Assembly: GCA_964510655.1 (NCBI GenBank) | Contig: CAZEAY010000001.1 | Location: forward strand, 99,302 to 163,301 | DNA: 64,000 nucleotides | DNA from: an uncultured Candidatus Saccharibacteria bacterium | GTDB taxonomy: Bacteria; Patescibacteriota; Minisyncoccia; Phycocordibacterales; XYD1-FULL-46-19 | Direction of reading: 5' to 3' | Part shown: positions 18,434 through 27,797 of the stretch, piece by piece | Position numbering within the stretch: the stretch's first letter is position 1 | Layout of the letters: the number at the start of each line of letters is the position of its first letter | Program-made: the position numbers and the translations under genes | Notes under the pieces: model-generated | What the model saw: only the letters and a program-made list of their open reading frames with translations | What the model was told of the DNA's origin: nothing | The model's database searches: none

Positions 18434-19546
18434 TTACCAGCCACGGGCTGCAGCTTGTTTTTTAAGTTCCAGCCAGGCTGGCTTATCAGCACCTTCGTAA
18501 GTTCTTAATCCAATTGAGGCGAGAAAAGCGGTAAATTGTTTGTTGCCACCACCTCCATAGAAAGTATTGAATTGGTCGGCTTGTGAGTTTGAGGTATCGT
18601 GTAGCCAAGTAAAGTCAATCATCTTAATATTTTGGCGGTATTTATCCCAGGCCGAGAAAGTACTAGCAATAAACTGACGTTGTTTCTCTGGTGAACTATT
18701 ATTAATACTGCTAGATGGATACCCAAATTGATAGAAATAAATTGGTTTTTGTGGAATCAAATTTACAAGTGTTGCAAAATCAGTTGAGACGATTGTTGGT
18801 TTTTTAACCGTGAAGTCTCCGTTTAGGGGATAGTAAGATACCCCAACAATGTCACTAGTTTGATTTATTTCCGATAGATAAGGTTTTGCATTACTGGTGA
18901 TACCACTAAAAGTTAATTCTGTTGCTACCGGTATCCCTGGGTATTTTTGGTGGACATAAGTGCTAATGGTTTTATAAAAATCAATGTATTCTCGCCAACG
19001 ATTTTTGTCGGTGCCAGCGTAAACATCTATTTCTGAACCAATAATGATTGAGGTAAATTTGACCTTATTTAGAGAAGTGAAAGTGTAATCTAGCAGTTTT
19101 TCAAACCGAGCGATGACCACCGGATCATTGAGAGCTTTGCCGGCAAGATCTTCAGGCATCATTGGTTGATTGGTGTTGATTGGTGTAATTGTTAAATCGA
19201 TCGGCATCCCTATTTCTGGGTAATAACTGTTAATGAGGGGATAAAGTGCGTGGCCGTATTTGTTGGGTGAGGTTTCGGCGTCAGTCCAGTTTATATAAAT
19301 ACCCATTTGTTGCATACCGGCAGATTTAGCCAGCGAAAAGGCTTTGCCATAGTCATTACTTTTATCCATTCCGACATCAATAGCTAGTTTTCGGTCACCT
19401 TTAGTTTGAACAGCAGTTTTGTTATTTAGGGAAGCGGTTAAATCGGCTGTCTCATCTTTTCTTACTTCTTCTTTTTTATTTAAAGATAGTAAAAGAAGAA
19501 CGACTATTATTATCCCGATGATCCAATACCATTTTTTACTTTTCAT
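18434..19546 (-). CDS. membrane-anchored glycoside hydrolase-like TIM-barrel protein (clan GH-A-like)
   Basis: N-terminal TM, 'INWTDAETSP', 'IGSEID', 'GVSYYP', 'FYQFGYPS' (Q at the usual nucleophile E position). Confidence 0.6.
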   Translation of the reverse strand: MKSKKWYWIIGIIIVVLLLLSLNKKEEVRKDETADLTASLNNKTAVQTKGDRKLAIDVGMDKSNDYGKAFSLAKSAGMQQMGIYINWTDAETSPNKYGHALYPLINSYYPEIGMPIDLTITPINTNQPMMPEDLAGKALNDPVVIARFEKLLDYTFTSLNKVKFTSIIIGSEIDVYAGTDKNRWREYIDFYKTISTYVHQKYPGIPVATELTFSGITSNAKPYLSEINQTSDIVGVSYYPLNGDFTVKKPTIVSTDFATLVNLIPQKPIYFYQFGYPSSSINNSSPEKQRQFIASTFSAWDKYRQNIKMIDFTWLHDTSNSQADQFNTFYGGGGNKQFTAFLASIGLRTYEGADKPAWLELKKQAAARGW

Positions 19547-19691
19547 ATTTGTTATTATTTATGCCTGTTAATCACTTAAGGGATAGCATAACATAAGCAA
19601 TTTTTTATCTCTATTTTTAGTGTTAATTAATAAGGTGCTTTAGATTGATTTTTTGTCAAAAAAAGGTAGAATAGAAAATGTTGTTATATTT

Positions 19692-19773
19692 GCCTGGGTG
19701 GCGGAATTGGTATACGCGCACGACTCAAAATCGTGTCTCGCAAGGGATGGAGGTTCGAGTCCTCTCCCAGGCA
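19692..19773 (+). tRNA. tRNA-Leu(CAA)
   Basis: GCCTGGG/CCCAGGC acceptor, CACGA-CTCAAAA-TCGTG, long variable arm. Confidence 0.95.
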
Positions 19774-19938
19774 CAAATAATCGGCGTGAGCCGATTTTTT
19801 TGTGCCTGGGAAGCAAAGTGGAACTTTGCGTCAGGACTCGAAAAGCGGAGTGGGGTACCCATTCAGTAGAATGGGTCGCGAGCTGCGGACACGACCAAAA
19901 TGAGCGACGGTGAATTTTGAGTCGCGGAAGAGTCCTCT
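19774..19938 (+). mobile_element. structured element 3' of tRNA-Leu(CAA)
   Basis: Antisense GTGCCTGGGA (19802-19811) and AGGACTCGAA (19833-19842) split by a hairpin; GAGCGACGGTGA-capped hairpin; ends GCGGAA-GAGTCCTCT (repeat of tRNA 19757-19765). Confidence 0.65.
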
Positions 19939-20016
19939 GTTGAAATGTATAGTCTTGAAAGACCTTCCTTGGAACCTAGTTTTATTTTTATCTTCTTATG
20001 TTAAAATATACTCAAT

Positions 20017-21003
20017 ATGGCTGAACGTGTAGAACGCCCAATGGACGCTATCTTTTGGATAGACGTTGATAAAATTAGAGCTAATCCCTTCCAACCAAGG
20101 ACGGAATTTAATCAAGACCGTTTGCGTGATTTAGCCGACTCTATTCGTCAGTATGGTGTTTTACAGCCTCTGGTTGTCACTAGAAAAGAAGTGGAAAGAG
20201 AAGACGGTGGTTTGTCGACCGAGTATGAATTAATCGCCGGAGAACGTCGTTGGCGAGCCTCACAGATTGCTGGTTTGACCCAGGTTCCAGCCCTTATTCG
20301 AACAGGGGACGAAAGTGATAAGCTGAAGCTGGAAATGGCGATTATTGAAAACCTACAACGTGAAGATTTAAATCCTGTCGATCGGGCCGTCGCTTTTTCT
20401 AAACTTTCTAATGAATTTGGTTTGAAACATGTTGATATTGCCAAGCGGGTTGGTAAAAGTCGCGAATATGTTTCTAACTCGATTCGAATCATGGGCTTAC
20501 CGCAAGAAATGCTAGATGCGGTTGTTACGCGTAAAATAACTGAAGGTCACACCAAACCTCTCTTGATGTTGGTGGATTATCCCGAAGAGCAAGTTACTTT
20601 ATTTAAAGAAATTTTATTAAAACACTTAACTGTTCGCGAGGCGGAAGCTAATGCTCGGCGGATCGCCTTTGATCGAGTGCGTAAAAAAGAACGAATGGTT
20701 GATCCGGGGATTATTGATATTGAACAACGTCTCACCGAAAAATATGGTACACGGGTCAAGGTAGAAAAACGCGACAATGACGGTGGTCGAGTAACCATCG
20801 ACTTCTTCTCCAGTGATGATTTGGGAAAAATTTTACAAATGTTGGAAAATTCTCGCGAACTCAAAAATTTACCGGAAATACAGCCTGTTACCGGTGAATC
20901 TCTTCCTTCGGATATGGCAGGAGAGTTTCCTAATGCTGATGTTCCAACTGAACCAAAACAAGCTGACGAAGATTTGTATTTTGTAAAAAACTTCTCATTG
21001 TAA
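20017..21003 (+). CDS. parB: ParB/Spo0J partition protein
   Basis: NPFQPR, GVLQP, IAGERRWRA, ENLQREDL, HTH. Confidence 0.93.
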   Translation: MAERVERPMDAIFWIDVDKIRANPFQPRTEFNQDRLRDLADSIRQYGVLQPLVVTRKEVEREDGGLSTEYELIAGERRWRASQIAGLTQVPALIRTGDESDKLKLEMAIIENLQREDLNPVDRAVAFSKLSNEFGLKHVDIAKRVGKSREYVSNSIRIMGLPQEMLDAVVTRKITEGHTKPLLMLVDYPEEQVTLFKEILLKHLTVREAEANARRIAFDRVRKKERMVDPGIIDIEQRLTEKYGTRVKVEKRDNDGGRVTIDFFSSDDLGKILQMLENSRELKNLPEIQPVTGESLPSDMAGEFPNADVPTEPKQADEDLYFVKNFSL

Positions 21004-21061
21004 ATATCCTGTCTTAGGTTGGAGGACTAGGCTCCGATTTGTTTTTGGTTTTTTTATTTTT

Positions 21062-21177
21062 AAGCGGAGCGAGCCTAACTATTTTGTGGATGCTCTCGGA
21101 AGCGCGAAGGCGCTGAGGGTGAACAAAAATCTAGTAAGATTTTATGTGTCTTCCACAAAAGGTTGGGCGAGCGACTT
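21062..21177. repeat. multi-hairpin intergenic element between convergent parB and rel
   Basis: Outer arms GCCTAACTATTTTGTGGA / TCCACAAAAGGTTGGGC with tandem GA mismatches; inner hairpins AGCGC-GAAG-GCGCT and AAAATCT-AGTA-AGATTTT. Confidence 0.55.
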
Positions 21178-22674
21178 CTATTTTGTAAAGAATTTCTCAA
21201 TATAGGTTTTAACCACACCTTTTTTCTCTGTTTGAGGCAGGGTATTTCTAATGTGTTTTTTAGCAAGAGAAGTTTTTACGTAGTCTAACCATTTCGCGGT
21301 TGGATGACTAGTTTTCTTTGTTTCAATTTTGACCGTACTTTTATTTTTTATTTCTGTATCGAGTGAGACAAATTTTCCATCCATCCAGGCTCCCGAAGTG
21401 TGGTCACCAATATCGGAGTGAATAGCATAAGCAAAATCTAACATCGTAGCCCCTTTTGGTAGTTCTACTACATCACCCTTGGGTGTGAAAACGAAAATAC
21501 GATCTTGGATAAAATCGGTTTTTAAAGCATGTAAAAATTCGGAAGATTCCTTCACTTCTTTTTGCCATTCAATAAGTTCATGAATCCATTTCACACTTTT
21601 TGCCAGTTTCTTTTCGCCGCTAAGTTTTTTTGGTTTACCGGTCTCATCATAAAGAATGTGTGAAGCGGCTCCATATTCGGCTTCATGGTGCATTTCTTTA
21701 GACCGAATTTGAATTTCGACAATATTGCCTTCACCAGTAAAAACTGCGGTGTGAATACTTTGGTAACCATTAGGTTTTTCGTTGGCAATATAATCTTTTA
21801 GTTTGCCGGGGACGGGGCGCCAGAGGCCGTGGACAAGACCTAATACTTGATAACATTGCTCGGCCGATTCCACAATGACTCTTAAAGCCGAAATATCATA
21901 AATACTATCAATATTCATATTATTTCTCTTTAGTTTGGCGTAGAGGCTGTAAAGATACTTAATACGATAGTCGATAATAAAATTTTTGAATTTGTGTTCG
22001 GTTAGGGTTGTTTGTAGGGTACGATAAATTTTTTCAAGTCGTTTAATTGTTTCTCGTCCTTTAGTTTTACGTAAAGATACCACCGATTTATATTCAGCGG
22101 GATAAGCATAGGGAAAACTGGCATCTTCTAGGAGACCTTTCATTTTCCACATACCCAAACGGTTAGCTAGGGGGGCATAAATTTCTAGGGTTTCCAGAGC
22201 AATTCTTTTTTGTTTTTCTGGTTCGACGTATTGTAAGGTGCGGACATTGTGAAGACGATCAGCCAAACGAATGACAATGATTCTAATGTCTTCAGCCATC
22301 GCCACAAACAACTTACGCAAACTTTCCACATGACGAACGACACCTTTGTATTTTAGTTCTCCTAATTTTGTTACCCCGTCAACCATAAAGGCGACAGTTT
22401 TTCCAAAATCTTTTTCAATATCTTTTAAGGTAATTCCAGTATCTTCGACGGTGTCATGTAATAGCCCAGCCGCAATTGTTTCGGCATCAGCTCCAAAGCT
22501 GGCAAGAATAATTGCGACATTATAAGGGTGCACAATATATGGTTCACCAGATTTTCGTCTTTGATCCTCGTGGGCTTTTTGGGCAAAGAAAAAAGCTTTC
22601 GTGACTAGTTCACGGTCTTTTTCGGTCGGGTTTTTCATTAAAACCACAATATCTTTAGGCTCTAGGGGGGCCAT
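21178..22674 (-). CDS. rel: RelA/SpoT family (p)ppGpp synthetase/hydrolase (HD + synthetase + TGS, no ACT domain)
   Basis: RKSGEPYIVHP, LLHDTVED, ADRLHN, KPNGYQSIHT, EIQIR, VFTPKG. Confidence 0.93.
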   Translation of the reverse strand: MAPLEPKDIVVLMKNPTEKDRELVTKAFFFAQKAHEDQRRKSGEPYIVHPYNVAIILASFGADAETIAAGLLHDTVEDTGITLKDIEKDFGKTVAFMVDGVTKLGELKYKGVVRHVESLRKLFVAMAEDIRIIVIRLADRLHNVRTLQYVEPEKQKRIALETLEIYAPLANRLGMWKMKGLLEDASFPYAYPAEYKSVVSLRKTKGRETIKRLEKIYRTLQTTLTEHKFKNFIIDYRIKYLYSLYAKLKRNNMNIDSIYDISALRVIVESAEQCYQVLGLVHGLWRPVPGKLKDYIANEKPNGYQSIHTAVFTGEGNIVEIQIRSKEMHHEAEYGAASHILYDETGKPKKLSGEKKLAKSVKWIHELIEWQKEVKESSEFLHALKTDFIQDRIFVFTPKGDVVELPKGATMLDFAYAIHSDIGDHTSGAWMDGKFVSLDTEIKNKSTVKIETKKTSHPTAKWLDYVKTSLAKKHIRNTLPQTEKKGVVKTYIEKFFTK

Positions 22675-22768
22675 AATATTCGCATTGTAACACTAAATAT
22701 CTAATGCGGACAATCCTAAATTTAAAGCTCTAACCTCTAGATAAACCTAAATATTAAAAAATAAAGTT

Positions 22769-22845
22769 TTAAGATTTATTATTTAACTTATGCGGATTAT
22801 GATTTGGACAATTTTTATCACTGCATCTTTCTGGGATAGTTTTTG
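22769..22845 (-). pseudogene. topA 3'-end stub (copy 3)
   Basis: Minus strand reads KTIPERCSDKNCPNHNPHKLNNKS*, matching the TopA C-terminus GTKRIPDRCSDKTCPNHRPDK. Confidence 0.8.
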
Positions 22846-22976
22846 GTCACAGATAATTTCTTCGCCGTCGCTCAGAAATTTCCGCTACCCCGGCTCGCGA
22901 TTCGCCCTACTGGCCTCATATTGCTCCGCCCGACAAAAACTAGTAGCACACGCAACTCAGGTTGCGTGTTTCCTTT
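22846..22976 (-). mobile_element. structured element between two topA stubs, flanked by a 58-bp direct repeat
   Basis: DR 22788-22845/22990-23047 (57/58 identical); antisense arm 22932-22942 pairs 23039-23049; GAGCGACGGCGA-capped hairpin as in the tRNA-Leu(CAA) element. Confidence 0.7.
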
Positions 22977-23051
22977 CTAATTTTTTAGTTTATGCGGATT
23001 ATGATTTGGGCAATTTTTATCACTGCATCTTTCTGGGATAGTTTTTGTCCC
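22977..23051 (-). pseudogene. topA 3'-end stub (copy 2)
   Basis: Minus strand reads GTKTIPERCSDKNCPNHNPHKLKN*. Confidence 0.8.
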
Positions 23052-23184
23052 ATCTCCCACTTTAACTTTGGTATAGCGCCTCTGCTGTTTGGAATACATC
23101 AGATCAAATACTTTTCAAATGATAACTCTCTTTCTGGCGGGTATTTTGGAATTTGACGCAATTAAGAGAATACCAAAGTTAATG

Positions 23185-25431
23185 TTAGGACTGCGGAACG
23201 GGTGGGTTATCTATTTTATCTGGCCGGTGATTGGGGCATGTCTTGTCACTACAGCGGTCTGGTATCCGTTTAGTTCCTTGCATCATTAGATGAGTGCAGG
23301 GACCAGTTTCTCTCATATATCCACAAATTTTTCCGGTTGGTTTGGTTTTAATTATATTTTTACATTTTGGATAATTGGAACAGCCGTAAAAAACTCCAAA
23401 TCGTCCACGTTTTTCTACCATGGTTCCAGCCTTACATTCTGGACACTCTACCCCTGTGTCGCCCGGGTTCGTTCCGTCAGCATTTTCAGATTTTCGAATA
23501 TATTTACACTTTGGATAACGAGCGCAAGCGATAAATAAACCAAACCGTCCTTCTCGTTCGATGAGTTCACCCTCTCCACACTCTGGGCATTTTTCCCCAA
23601 TCTCTTTTGGTGCTTCCATTTCCGTTCCGTCAATCTTTCGGGCTCCAATACAATCGGGAAATTTGGCACAACTGTAAAATTTACCTGAGCGAGCCAGTTT
23701 TACAATCATAGGACCACTACAGACTGGGCAAACTATTTCAGTTGGGGCCTGGCCAAGATCAGAAATTTTGGGAATATCTTTTTTAGAGTCTACTTCTTTT
23801 TTAAATGGACCGTAAAAATCTTTTAGTGTTTTTAGATAGCTGCGGTTACCACTGGCAATTTCATCTAGTTCGTTCTCCATTTCAGCGGTAAATTCATCAC
23901 TAATATATTTTTCAAAATATTGTGATAAGAAGTCGCTGACCACTTCACCGGTTTCTGTAGGAACTAAAGCCCGCTGGTCTTTAACAACATAGCCACGACT
24001 GACAATGGTCTGAATGATGGCGGCGTAGGTACTTGGCCGGCCGATGCCTCTTTTTTCTAATTCTTTAACTAAACCAGCTTCACTGAAGCGTGCTGGTGGT
24101 TCAGTTTCTTTGCCAGTTGAGGTTATCTCTTCTAGCTTCAATTTATCACCAACCGCTATCTTTGGTAGTATTACATCTTCACTGGCCGATTTTGGGTCAG
24201 CTAAAAGCCAACCCGGAGACATAATTCGAGAACCGTTGGTACTAAAAATTGGTATTTTTTTGTTGTCGGCTTCAGCGTCTATTCTAGTGCGCATTATCAA
24301 AGCCTCAGCCATTTGGCTAGCGACGGCCCGGGACCAAATGAGTTCGTAAAGTTTCTGCTCTTGCGGACTTTGGCTGACCTTTAGTTTTTCCACGTGAGTT
24401 GGTCGGATTGCTTCGTGGGCTTCTTGAGCATTTTTACTTTTGGAGGAAAAACTTCGAGGTGTTGAAAGTTTTTCTCCAAATTTATTTTTTATCAAATTAC
24501 CGATTTCACTCACAGCTAAAGCGCTTAGATTGGTACTATCGGTACGCATATAAGTAATATGACCGGCTTCATACAGTTTTTGGGCCAAGCGCATAGTGAT
24601 CGATGGCGAGTAACCTAGGCGACTGGAAGCGACCTGTTGCAGGGTGGAAGTCGTGAAGGGTGGACGAGCGGAACGTTTTGTTTCTTTTTCTTCAATATTT
24701 GAGACTACCCATGAGGCTTTTTTACTACTCTCTACAATTTCTAATGCTTCTTTTTCTGTTTTTGGCTCTAGTTTGCAGGTGAAAGGAATCTTTGTTCCAG
24801 ATATCTTGTCAGCACTCATGATGGAATTGATCACCCAGAAAGCTTCCGGTACAAAAGCCCGGATTTCTTTTTCTCGTTCTACAATCATACGGAGAGCGGG
24901 GGACTGTACTCGTCCAGCGGATAAACCGTAACGTAGTTTTTTCCAGATCAAACCAGAAAGATCATAGCCAAAGATCCGGTCCAAGACCCGCCGTGCCTCT
25001 TGAGCTTGTCGTAAGTCGTCATCTATTTTTCGGGGATGTTTGATGGCTTCCTGGACGGCTCCTTCGGTAATTTCATGAAAGACTACTCGTTCGGGATTTT
25101 TCAGATCAAGCGCTTCTTTGATATGCCAAGCAATGGCTTCACCTTCGCGATCGGGGTCAGTGGCTAGTAATATTTCACTCGCCTGTTTAGCTAAACTTTT
25201 TAGTTCACTAACGACTTTTTCTTTGCCGGGAGAAATTTCATAAAAGGGAACAAATCCCGCCGGGATATCAATCGCTTTTTTGCTGGATTTTGGTAGATCA
25301 CGAATATGCCCAACCGAAGCGCGGACTGTATATTCATCGTTTAAATACTTACTGATTGTTTTGGCTTTGGCCGGGGATTCAACAATCAATAATTTAATTT
25401 TGTTTTTTATTTTAGACATTGGTGAAACCAC
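23185..25431 (-). CDS. topA: DNA topoisomerase I with C-terminal zinc ribbons
   Basis: IVESPAKA, ATDPDREGE, SAGRVQS, ITYMRTDS, GIGRPSTY, repeated CPxC...C zinc ribbons. Confidence 0.97.
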   Translation of the reverse strand: MVSPMSKIKNKIKLLIVESPAKAKTISKYLNDEYTVRASVGHIRDLPKSSKKAIDIPAGFVPFYEISPGKEKVVSELKSLAKQASEILLATDPDREGEAIAWHIKEALDLKNPERVVFHEITEGAVQEAIKHPRKIDDDLRQAQEARRVLDRIFGYDLSGLIWKKLRYGLSAGRVQSPALRMIVEREKEIRAFVPEAFWVINSIMSADKISGTKIPFTCKLEPKTEKEALEIVESSKKASWVVSNIEEKETKRSARPPFTTSTLQQVASSRLGYSPSITMRLAQKLYEAGHITYMRTDSTNLSALAVSEIGNLIKNKFGEKLSTPRSFSSKSKNAQEAHEAIRPTHVEKLKVSQSPQEQKLYELIWSRAVASQMAEALIMRTRIDAEADNKKIPIFSTNGSRIMSPGWLLADPKSASEDVILPKIAVGDKLKLEEITSTGKETEPPARFSEAGLVKELEKRGIGRPSTYAAIIQTIVSRGYVVKDQRALVPTETGEVVSDFLSQYFEKYISDEFTAEMENELDEIASGNRSYLKTLKDFYGPFKKEVDSKKDIPKISDLGQAPTEIVCPVCSGPMIVKLARSGKFYSCAKFPDCIGARKIDGTEMEAPKEIGEKCPECGEGELIEREGRFGLFIACARYPKCKYIRKSENADGTNPGDTGVECPECKAGTMVEKRGRFGVFYGCSNYPKCKNIIKTKPTGKICGYMRETGPCTHLMMQGTKRIPDRCSDKTCPNHRPDKIDNPPVPQS

Positions 25432-25468
25432 AATATAGTACGGAAGCGGAATGTTGTCAAAAATACTT

Positions 25469-26341
25469 TTAATTTAACCTAATTTCTCCGCCAGTTTCTT
25501 TGATCACCCCTTTGATCTCTAAAATCATTAAAATCGAGTTTCCTTCACTGGTGCTTATTTGGGTTTGGCGGATGATTTCATCCCGTGACAGAGGCTCAGT
25601 TTTTAATAATTCAACAATTTTTTTCTCAGATGGAGAAAGGTCGTCAAACAATTTTTGTTGGTTATCTTCATTTGGATGCCCGACCTCCAAGTGAAGGGCT
25701 TCTAGAATATCAGTGCTGGTTAGAATTGGAGTGGCTCCTTGTTGAATAAGTTTATTTGTTCCACTTGAGCTGGGTGAAAAAATCGAGCCTGGTACCGCTA
25801 AAACATCTCGGTTATAGTCTAGAGCTAAGCGGGCAGTGATTAGGGTCCCAGATTTTTCAGTCGCCTCTATTATTAGGGTAGCCTGGGAAAGGCCTGCCAT
25901 GAGACGGTTTCGTTTAGGGAAACTCCACACCGTTGGTCTTTCAGTTGGTTCAGATTCTGACAGGAGACAACCACCAGCGTCTAGTATTTTTGTGGCTAGT
26001 TGTCTATTAATAGAAGGATACAAGACTCGGTGGTCTAAACCGGAGCCAGGGATAGCTAAAGTCAGAAGTCCAGCCTTTAAAGCTGCTTGGTGGGCGATAG
26101 TGTCGATACCAAGCGCTAAACCAGAGACAATGACAATTGGGTAGCCGGCCAGACCAGCGATTAATTTTTCGCAGACATCTTTTCCGTAGGAGGAAAATTT
26201 ACGGGAGCCAACGACCGCCAAAAAAATATATTTATTTGGATCAGGTAGATCTCCTTGCAGATAAAGACTGGTTGGCGGTTGGGGAATTTCTAGTAAAGCC
26301 TTGGGTATATCTTTTGAGGTCAATTTAATTATGGGGAGCAT
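25469..26341 (-). CDS. dprA: DNA processing protein DprA
   Basis: AVVGSR, VSGLALGID, FPKRNRL, SGTLITA, C-terminal winged helix. Confidence 0.95.
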   Translation of the reverse strand: MLPIIKLTSKDIPKALLEIPQPPTSLYLQGDLPDPNKYIFLAVVGSRKFSSYGKDVCEKLIAGLAGYPIVIVSGLALGIDTIAHQAALKAGLLTLAIPGSGLDHRVLYPSINRQLATKILDAGGCLLSESEPTERPTVWSFPKRNRLMAGLSQATLIIEATEKSGTLITARLALDYNRDVLAVPGSIFSPSSSGTNKLIQQGATPILTSTDILEALHLEVGHPNEDNQQKLFDDLSPSEKKIVELLKTEPLSRDEIIRQTQISTSEGNSILMILEIKGVIKETGGEIRLN

Positions 26342-26375
26342 CTTAGTTAATTGATTTTAACATACTTAGGCTTTG

Positions 26376-26479
26376 CAATGCCAAATTTCAAATTATAAAT
26401 GTCAAAAAAAATTAAACGAATAAACTAAGTCTTGGATTTTGATCTCAATTTGACATTTAAAATTTGACATTTGAAATTG
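26376..26479. repeat. heptamer-periodic inverted repeat (CAAATKT)n ... (ATTTGAM)n
   Basis: caaattt caaatta taaatgt caaa ... atttgac atttaaa atttgac atttgaa attg. Confidence 0.6.
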
Positions 26480-26537
26480 TACTGTAACAAGAACTAGTAT
26501 TTTCTTTTCCCTCAGTTCTTGTTATAGTATTTACACT

Positions 26538-27797
26538 ATGTTAGACATAAAATTCATTAGGGAGAATAAGGAGTTGGTAGCGGACGCGGCTCGCAAGAAG
26601 TTGATCGATTTTTCTGTCGATGAACTTTTAGCTATTGACGACGAGCGAATCAAGACCCTTCAATTGGTTGAGGCCGCTCGGGCCAAACAAAACGAAGTCA
26701 GTAATCAGATTGTTTCGGCTGACCAGGTGACTAAAGAAAAATTGATCTACTCCATGAAGGAGGTGAAAGAGGAATTAAGTAAAGATGAGGAACTATTAAA
26801 AGAGGTGATGAAAAAGTGGCAAGCCCTAATGGTTAAGGTGCCAAACATTCCTGATATGTCAGTTCCCGAAGGAAAGGATGATAGTGAAAATGTTGAAATT
26901 TCCTCTTGGGGTGAAAAACCACAGTTTAAATTTACTCCAAAGAGTCATATTGATCTGATGCAAGATCAGCATATGGTAGATTTGGAGCGCGGAGCGAAAG
27001 TATCTGGTTTTCGTGGTTACTTTTTGAAAAACGACGCGGTTATGTTGTCTTTTGCTTTGTGGCAATATACGTTGGAGGTTTTGCAAAAGGATGGTTTTAA
27101 GCCAATGTTGGTCCCCGCCCTAGTTAGACCAGAACCATTTTACGGTACAGGTTACCTGCCTCAAGGAGAGGAAGATTTATATAAAACTCAAGATGGTGAT
27201 TTTATGGCCGGAACAGCAGAGGTTGGTACGATGGGCTATTTGATGGGTGAGACTTTGGATAAAAAAGATTTGCCAAAACTTTGGGTCTCATTTTCTCCTT
27301 GTTATCGGCGTGAGGCTGGCAGTCATGGTAAAGATACGCGAGGCCTTATTCGTTTGCATGAATTTTATAAAGTTGAGCAAGTGATTCTTTGTGAAGCTGA
27401 TCATGAAACAAGCGTGCGCTGGCATGAGGCTTTGCGCGAGAATGCGGAAAAAATTATGCAGGGCTTGGGTCTGCCTTATCATGTCGTGGTTAACTGCACT
27501 GGTGATTTGGGTCAGGGTCAGGTAAAAAAATATGACATTGAAGCTTGGGTCCCATCGGAAAATAAGTATCGCGAGACCCATTCTATTTCTTACTTTAATG
27601 ATTTTCAAACTCGTCGGTTAAATTTGAAATATAAGGACGAAGAGGGGAAGACCCGTTTTGCCCACTCTTTAAACGGAACAGCTTTGGCTTCACCGCGTAT
27701 CATTGTGCCTTTGATAGAACATTATCAAAATGAAGATGGTTCTATCACTATCCCTGAAGTCTTACGTAAGTACATGGGGAAAGACGTGATTCGTTAA
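26538..27797 (+). CDS. serS: seryl-tRNA synthetase
   Basis: MLDIKFIREN, N-terminal coiled coil, GTAE, YRREAG..G.DTRGLIRLHEF, LNGTALA.PR. Confidence 0.97.
   Translation: MLDIKFIRENKELVADAARKKLIDFSVDELLAIDDERIKTLQLVEAARAKQNEVSNQIVSADQVTKEKLIYSMKEVKEELSKDEELLKEVMKKWQALMVKVPNIPDMSVPEGKDDSENVEISSWGEKPQFKFTPKSHIDLMQDQHMVDLERGAKVSGFRGYFLKNDAVMLSFALWQYTLEVLQKDGFKPMLVPALVRPEPFYGTGYLPQGEEDLYKTQDGDFMAGTAEVGTMGYLMGETLDKKDLPKLWVSFSPCYRREAGSHGKDTRGLIRLHEFYKVEQVILCEADHETSVRWHEALRENAEKIMQGLGLPYHVVVNCTGDLGQGQVKKYDIEAWVPSENKYRETHSISYFNDFQTRRLNLKYKDEEGKTRFAHSLNGTALASPRIIVPLIEHYQNEDGSITIPEVLRKYMGKDVIR

Noticed and set aside
19774-19938. Hammerhead or other known ribozyme in the tRNA trailer elements
   Set aside because: The CUGANGA and GAAA core is not found in the required arrangement by eye.
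22790-23289. Plus-strand ORFs with an internal repeat (MRIMIWTIF…)
   Set aside because: They are antisense readings of the topA stubs and the topA end.
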